DNA of 64,000 bases from Ostrea edulis. Taxonomy: Eukaryota. Positions 59,627 to 64,000 of the stretch are shown here, piece by piece. The translations under genes were made by a program, and so were the position numbers. Within the stretch, counting starts at the first letter, position 1. Every line of letters starts with the position of its first letter. Under the pieces are notes generated by a model. The model saw only the letters and a program-made list of their open reading frames with translations. It was not told the DNA's origin and did no database searches. The DNA lies in NCBI RefSeq assembly GCF_947568905.1, contig NC_079171.1, positions 47,678,001 through 47,742,000 of the forward strand, read 5' to 3'.

Positions 59627-61589
59627 CAACGTCTATATCAAAGAAACAATAATCGAGTGCTAGCTATGTTGTAATCTTATAAACTGATGACTAACCAGCA
59701 TCAGGTTTGTTATATGCCTCTAAATATGACTATGAAGAAAAATAGCCTACTAGCGTGTGTACTTCCTGTTCAGTACATCACATAATTGATAATGAGATCA
59801 TATACGAATACTTCGAAAAAGTGTAAAGTTGACAAAAAAGGAAGATACGTATGAATTATATCGATTCCGCGTTTGCAAGGGGATTAAAATTGATCTTTGT
59901 TGTGGTATATAATTTTATGTTGTTTGGGTGCTAACTTGTCGACCTGTCAACTCTATTCAACATATGCCCTATTTTTCCATACTGCATTTATTTCTTGTGA
60001 AAAGGTACAATATAGGATAGTTATAAAAAGGTGAACCATTTCTTGTGCAACATTAAATTCGGAAAGTGTAGATTGGTCACAATGAACTACTTATCCTCAT
60101 ACCCTAGTTGGACCAATGGGGTTTATTATGGTGATTTAATATACTTATCGCGGAAGTTAAGTGGTTTTAGCGTTATCTTCGTGACCCCCACTTGTACGTT
60201 GGTAGCGACCGTCAATCCAATATACAATGATAGGTAATAACCAGCTCTTCCACCAACGTTCAACACATACAAGTTAGAGCCACGGGTCTTTTGAACGAGA
60301 CCTTGATAACCGAGGTCCCGAGTTGCGACAGGCGTTGAGACAAAAATGAATATCAATGCTACTACCATGAGCTCCAAACATAGGTCTTAACTTGTGGTAG
60401 TTCACCTACAGCTGATGACGTCTGTATGCTAATGAAAAAATTCTCAAAGAGACGTAAATACATATTGGTATACATCATATGAAATGATTGAGATGTTGCT
60501 TCCCGTGTTGCAAAACTAAATACATTACACAACAATTTGGTCTTACGGGAGTTTGTCTTCAGTCTTCAGCCAGAAGATGTGCATACAATGTATAATGGCT
60601 TTTCTAAAACGCGAAACGGAAAACTCAACAGATATTTCAGAATTAGAATAATGATCATAACGGATCATAACGTGGATTTAAATACTGTACATGACTTTTG
60701 CAAATAATTAAATTAATTGATAATCAAAATATTATAGCAGCGGGAACTATGGATGTTAACGAGTACTCGACAATCGCTCTGTGATACCAATCATCGACTA
60801 AATTTTTATTTGTCGAGTACTCGTTAAAATAGCTTTTTTAGTAATGTTCATCAATTCTAAACACTTCAATATTTTTGCGATTAAAAATAGTGTAAGGCTA
60901 AAGTCAAATCCGTTTTAATTCGTACTTTGAAATTCTTATGATGGAAAAAATGATGTAATGTAGATTATGTGAAACTGAACTAGCATTCTATGGGGGTGTC
61001 GACAAAGGACAGCAAACATATTGTATCATATTAATTATAGGCCGACATTCGTTACAATCATCGTTGAAATTTCCATCAAAATCTTCAATTGAAAATGTCC
61101 TGTTAGTTCACGGCAAAAACGCCAAATTACAGATCCCGTATACTAATTGTCCAAATAGCACAACGAATTTCTATCAATTAGTTAATTTCCCCATTTCATT
61201 CTAAATCCCCTATCACTTGTATCGAAGACTTCATTTATTATTATTATTGTTTGTCTGTAATGTTGGATTTCTAACTTAAAAAAAAAGAAGCCTTGTAAAA
61301 TGAATATAACTGTGCTACCGCACATTACATTTGTTACATTGACATCTGGCACCACTTATGTCCAATCCAACGAATTTGAGATGAAGTTTTCCTAACATAT
61401 AGCGTTTAAGTCGTGGTCTCTTGGGGTAAGGTGGGACAATAATGGGGGATCAAATGCTGATAGATATAAGAAATATCTTTTCAAAAATATTGCTTGAAGT
61501 GTATTAGCTAACGCTTTTCATATTTTGTATAACCATTAACTATTAAGTATCATCTATTAACAGTAATAATTTTCAGTCATATGTCAATT

Positions 61590-62235
61590 TGATATATCCC
61601 TGTGAACTGAATATAAACCACACCACATAGTCGTTCACCTCTGCTTCATACTTAGATATTTATTTGAAAGTAGACATTAACGGCAAACTAACAACTCAAC
61701 TGTATGACAAACGGGATGAGTTCAGTTTCTCCATCGTCAACTTCCCATATTTATGTAGCAATATTCCATTATCACCTGCATATAGTGTTTATATCTCTCA
61801 ACTGATTCAATATGCAAGTGCTTGTTCTGCGTATACCGGTAGTCAGTATTTAAATCGAGGTAAGGTACTGGCAAACAAGTTGATGGTAGAGGGGTTTCAA
61901 CAGTCTCGATTGAATTCAGAATTTCGCAAATTCTATGGTCGTTCAAACAATCTAGTTCGTCAATACAACCTCACATTGGGTCAAATGCTGTCTGACATGT
62001 TCCATACCGATTGTTAAGCCGTTCTTGGCACACTGATTTTGACTGCGGATAACTCCGTTTACCTGATCAGGATATAGGGCTCACAGCGGGTGTGACCGGT
62101 CAACAGGGGATGCTTACTCCTCCTAGGCACCTGATCCCACCTCTGGTGTGTCCAGGGGTCCGTGTTTGCCCAACTCTCTATTTTGTATTGCTTATAGGAG
62201 TTATGAGATTGATCACAGTTCGTTATTTTCACCTT
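61590..62235 (+). mobile_element. Same PLE family, 3' fragment
   Basis: ORF 61664-62017 [33 protein letters not shown]...MFHTDC* plus 3' region. Confidence 0.85.
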
Positions 62236-64000
62236 GTATACAAGCAATCAACAATAAGGCGAACAGTAATTTGAATTCATCTTATATGTAATAACATGTC
62301 TAGTCACATTTTCTTTGTAGTGAAACTGCAATAAGTCTGAAAGAAGCTATGTTTACACACACACACCAAATGAGGTTTAAAAAATTAAAACCCCTGCTTG
62401 ACTCGAACCTGCGACCTACAGTTCAACAGTCGGCATTCTAACATACTGAGCTACTCTGCTAGGTACTTAAATGGAAAAGGAACAGTCAAATATTGCTGAT
62501 ATCGATTTTGTCATCCATGTTTTTAAAGGAAGTCAGCCATTATGACGATGTAGAGTACTACCTTAAAAGCGAGAGTCAAGGGTCTCAAGGATATTACCTT
62601 AAAAGCGGAGGTCCCGAGTCACAACAGACGTTGGCTCGATAAAAGAAATTTGCACTAGGCCAATGGTAATATACGTTTTCCCTGCGCTTCTAACGGTATT
62701 GCTTTGTTTATGAGTAAATTATTTTAGCGCTCGTATCTCCATCAAATATATCCCCTTCAATAGGGCGTTGAAAAGAACTTCAACTAAATATACCCTCATG
62801 AAAAGAAGAGTTATGTTTTCGGGTTCCTAAGCTATTTCTTTCACGAGTAAATCAGTTTTTTACCGGAAGACAATGGAGTTTTACCGCAATTACCGCCATT
62901 GACGATGGCTCATCACCCCCCTTAATATCTTATTCCAGACACTACGATTCTTTAAAAAAAGAAAAATAATTTGGATCTCTAGGGCCTGAAATATACCTTA
63001 TATATACATGCATATTATATAATTACATTACTCTTTGATGGTTCTTAGTATGAGTTGATTTTTACCTGATTCAGCGAGCATCGGACCTAAGACAATGACT
63101 GCTCGTTTCATTGTTATGGTCATTAGAGGAGAAAGTCACAAGCGTTTTGCGTAAAACATTTGCTACTACAATTATACATCCATAAAGGGCCTTCACTGCT
63201 ACGGTCTTAAGGTAGATCGATATTCGTATGATGTCGTAGATTTTTGCGAAAATCTTTATTAAATTAAACTTTGTGCATGATAGAAGTGTATCGTTCAGAG
63301 GAATTTCATTCAATGAATAGACTACCAAAAATGGTAATCTATTGAAAGTTAAAAAGTTCATATTTTCATCAATTATTTACGATAAAAAATATGTTGTCAA
63401 GAGCAATAACTCCTATGCTGCTATTTCCTCTTTTGTATGTCTATTATCCAATGTTTTCCCAAATATCCACAATTAATAATTGCTTATTTATACATGTAAA
63501 TAAGCAGGTTTTTTTTTATAAACTGTTGACATTAGAAATTCATTGTTTGAACAAATCTTTTTCTATTTTTATTATTCTGTTTTACTATAGAGCGTGATTT
63601 TCTAATTTTGACCTATAGCTCTGGTTTTGTACACATTTTCTTTGGTTATTGATTAAATAAAAACCATATGGAGTGAACATTGATATAGTGGGGTTTTTTT
63701 ACTTTCAGACATAATATTGATAAGTCACATGAGGGTGGAAGTACATTAAGCGCCATGTACACGTCAAATATTGTCGCACCGTGACTCTAACTTTGAATGT
63801 CCGGCTATTGGCGAAGGAGAGGTCACGTACTTACTGAATCCCCTTTGTGTATGTCTAGACATAAGGAGGCTTTAAGGTCTCCTCATTAGTTCCTGTCCTG
63901 CGCTGCCTGCCCTTTGGTATTCCAGTTTTATCCAATCTCTTTCGGTCCATACAGTTCTTCTCCAAGTCCCTTTCTTATTCGGTTTCTCATGTCTTCTCTT

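Noticed and set aside
63700-63760. Candidate exon 2 of the downstream paralog after TTTCAG
   Set aside because: Translation shows no similarity to the ENLAL lectin exon.

Overview
AT-rich animal genomic DNA, most likely a bivalve of the oyster family. This is inferred from a ~165-bp Cg170/HindIII-like satellite inside a Helentron-type element and from the gene family present. The window is dominated by one complete 26-coding-exon gene on the + strand (ATG 6799, TGA 55069). I spliced it by hand to 3300 nt / 1099 aa with all intron phases consistent. It encodes a receptor tyrosine phosphatase: signal peptide, F-type-lectin-like domain, about 5 EGF/laminin-EGF repeats, TM helix, an intact PTP D1 and a Cys-to-Ser PTP D2. 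A diverged tandem paralog begins about 52.7 kb downstream (upstream blocks 57425-58750, signal-peptide exon 59507-59561). The introns are packed with repeats: a deleted Gypsy LTR element, at least three kinds of Penelope-like element (PLE), a Crypton-like fragment, L2 and other LINE fragments, two SINE families, Helentron-type elements with satellites, foldback elements and microsatellites. The least obvious signal is a set of minimal type I hammerhead ribozyme motifs from three repeat families. One is intact and sense-oriented in intron 3, and there is a retrozyme-like tandem array at 46040-47180. An assembly gap lies at 46336-46507. No searches or folding programs were run; all calls are by manual reading.
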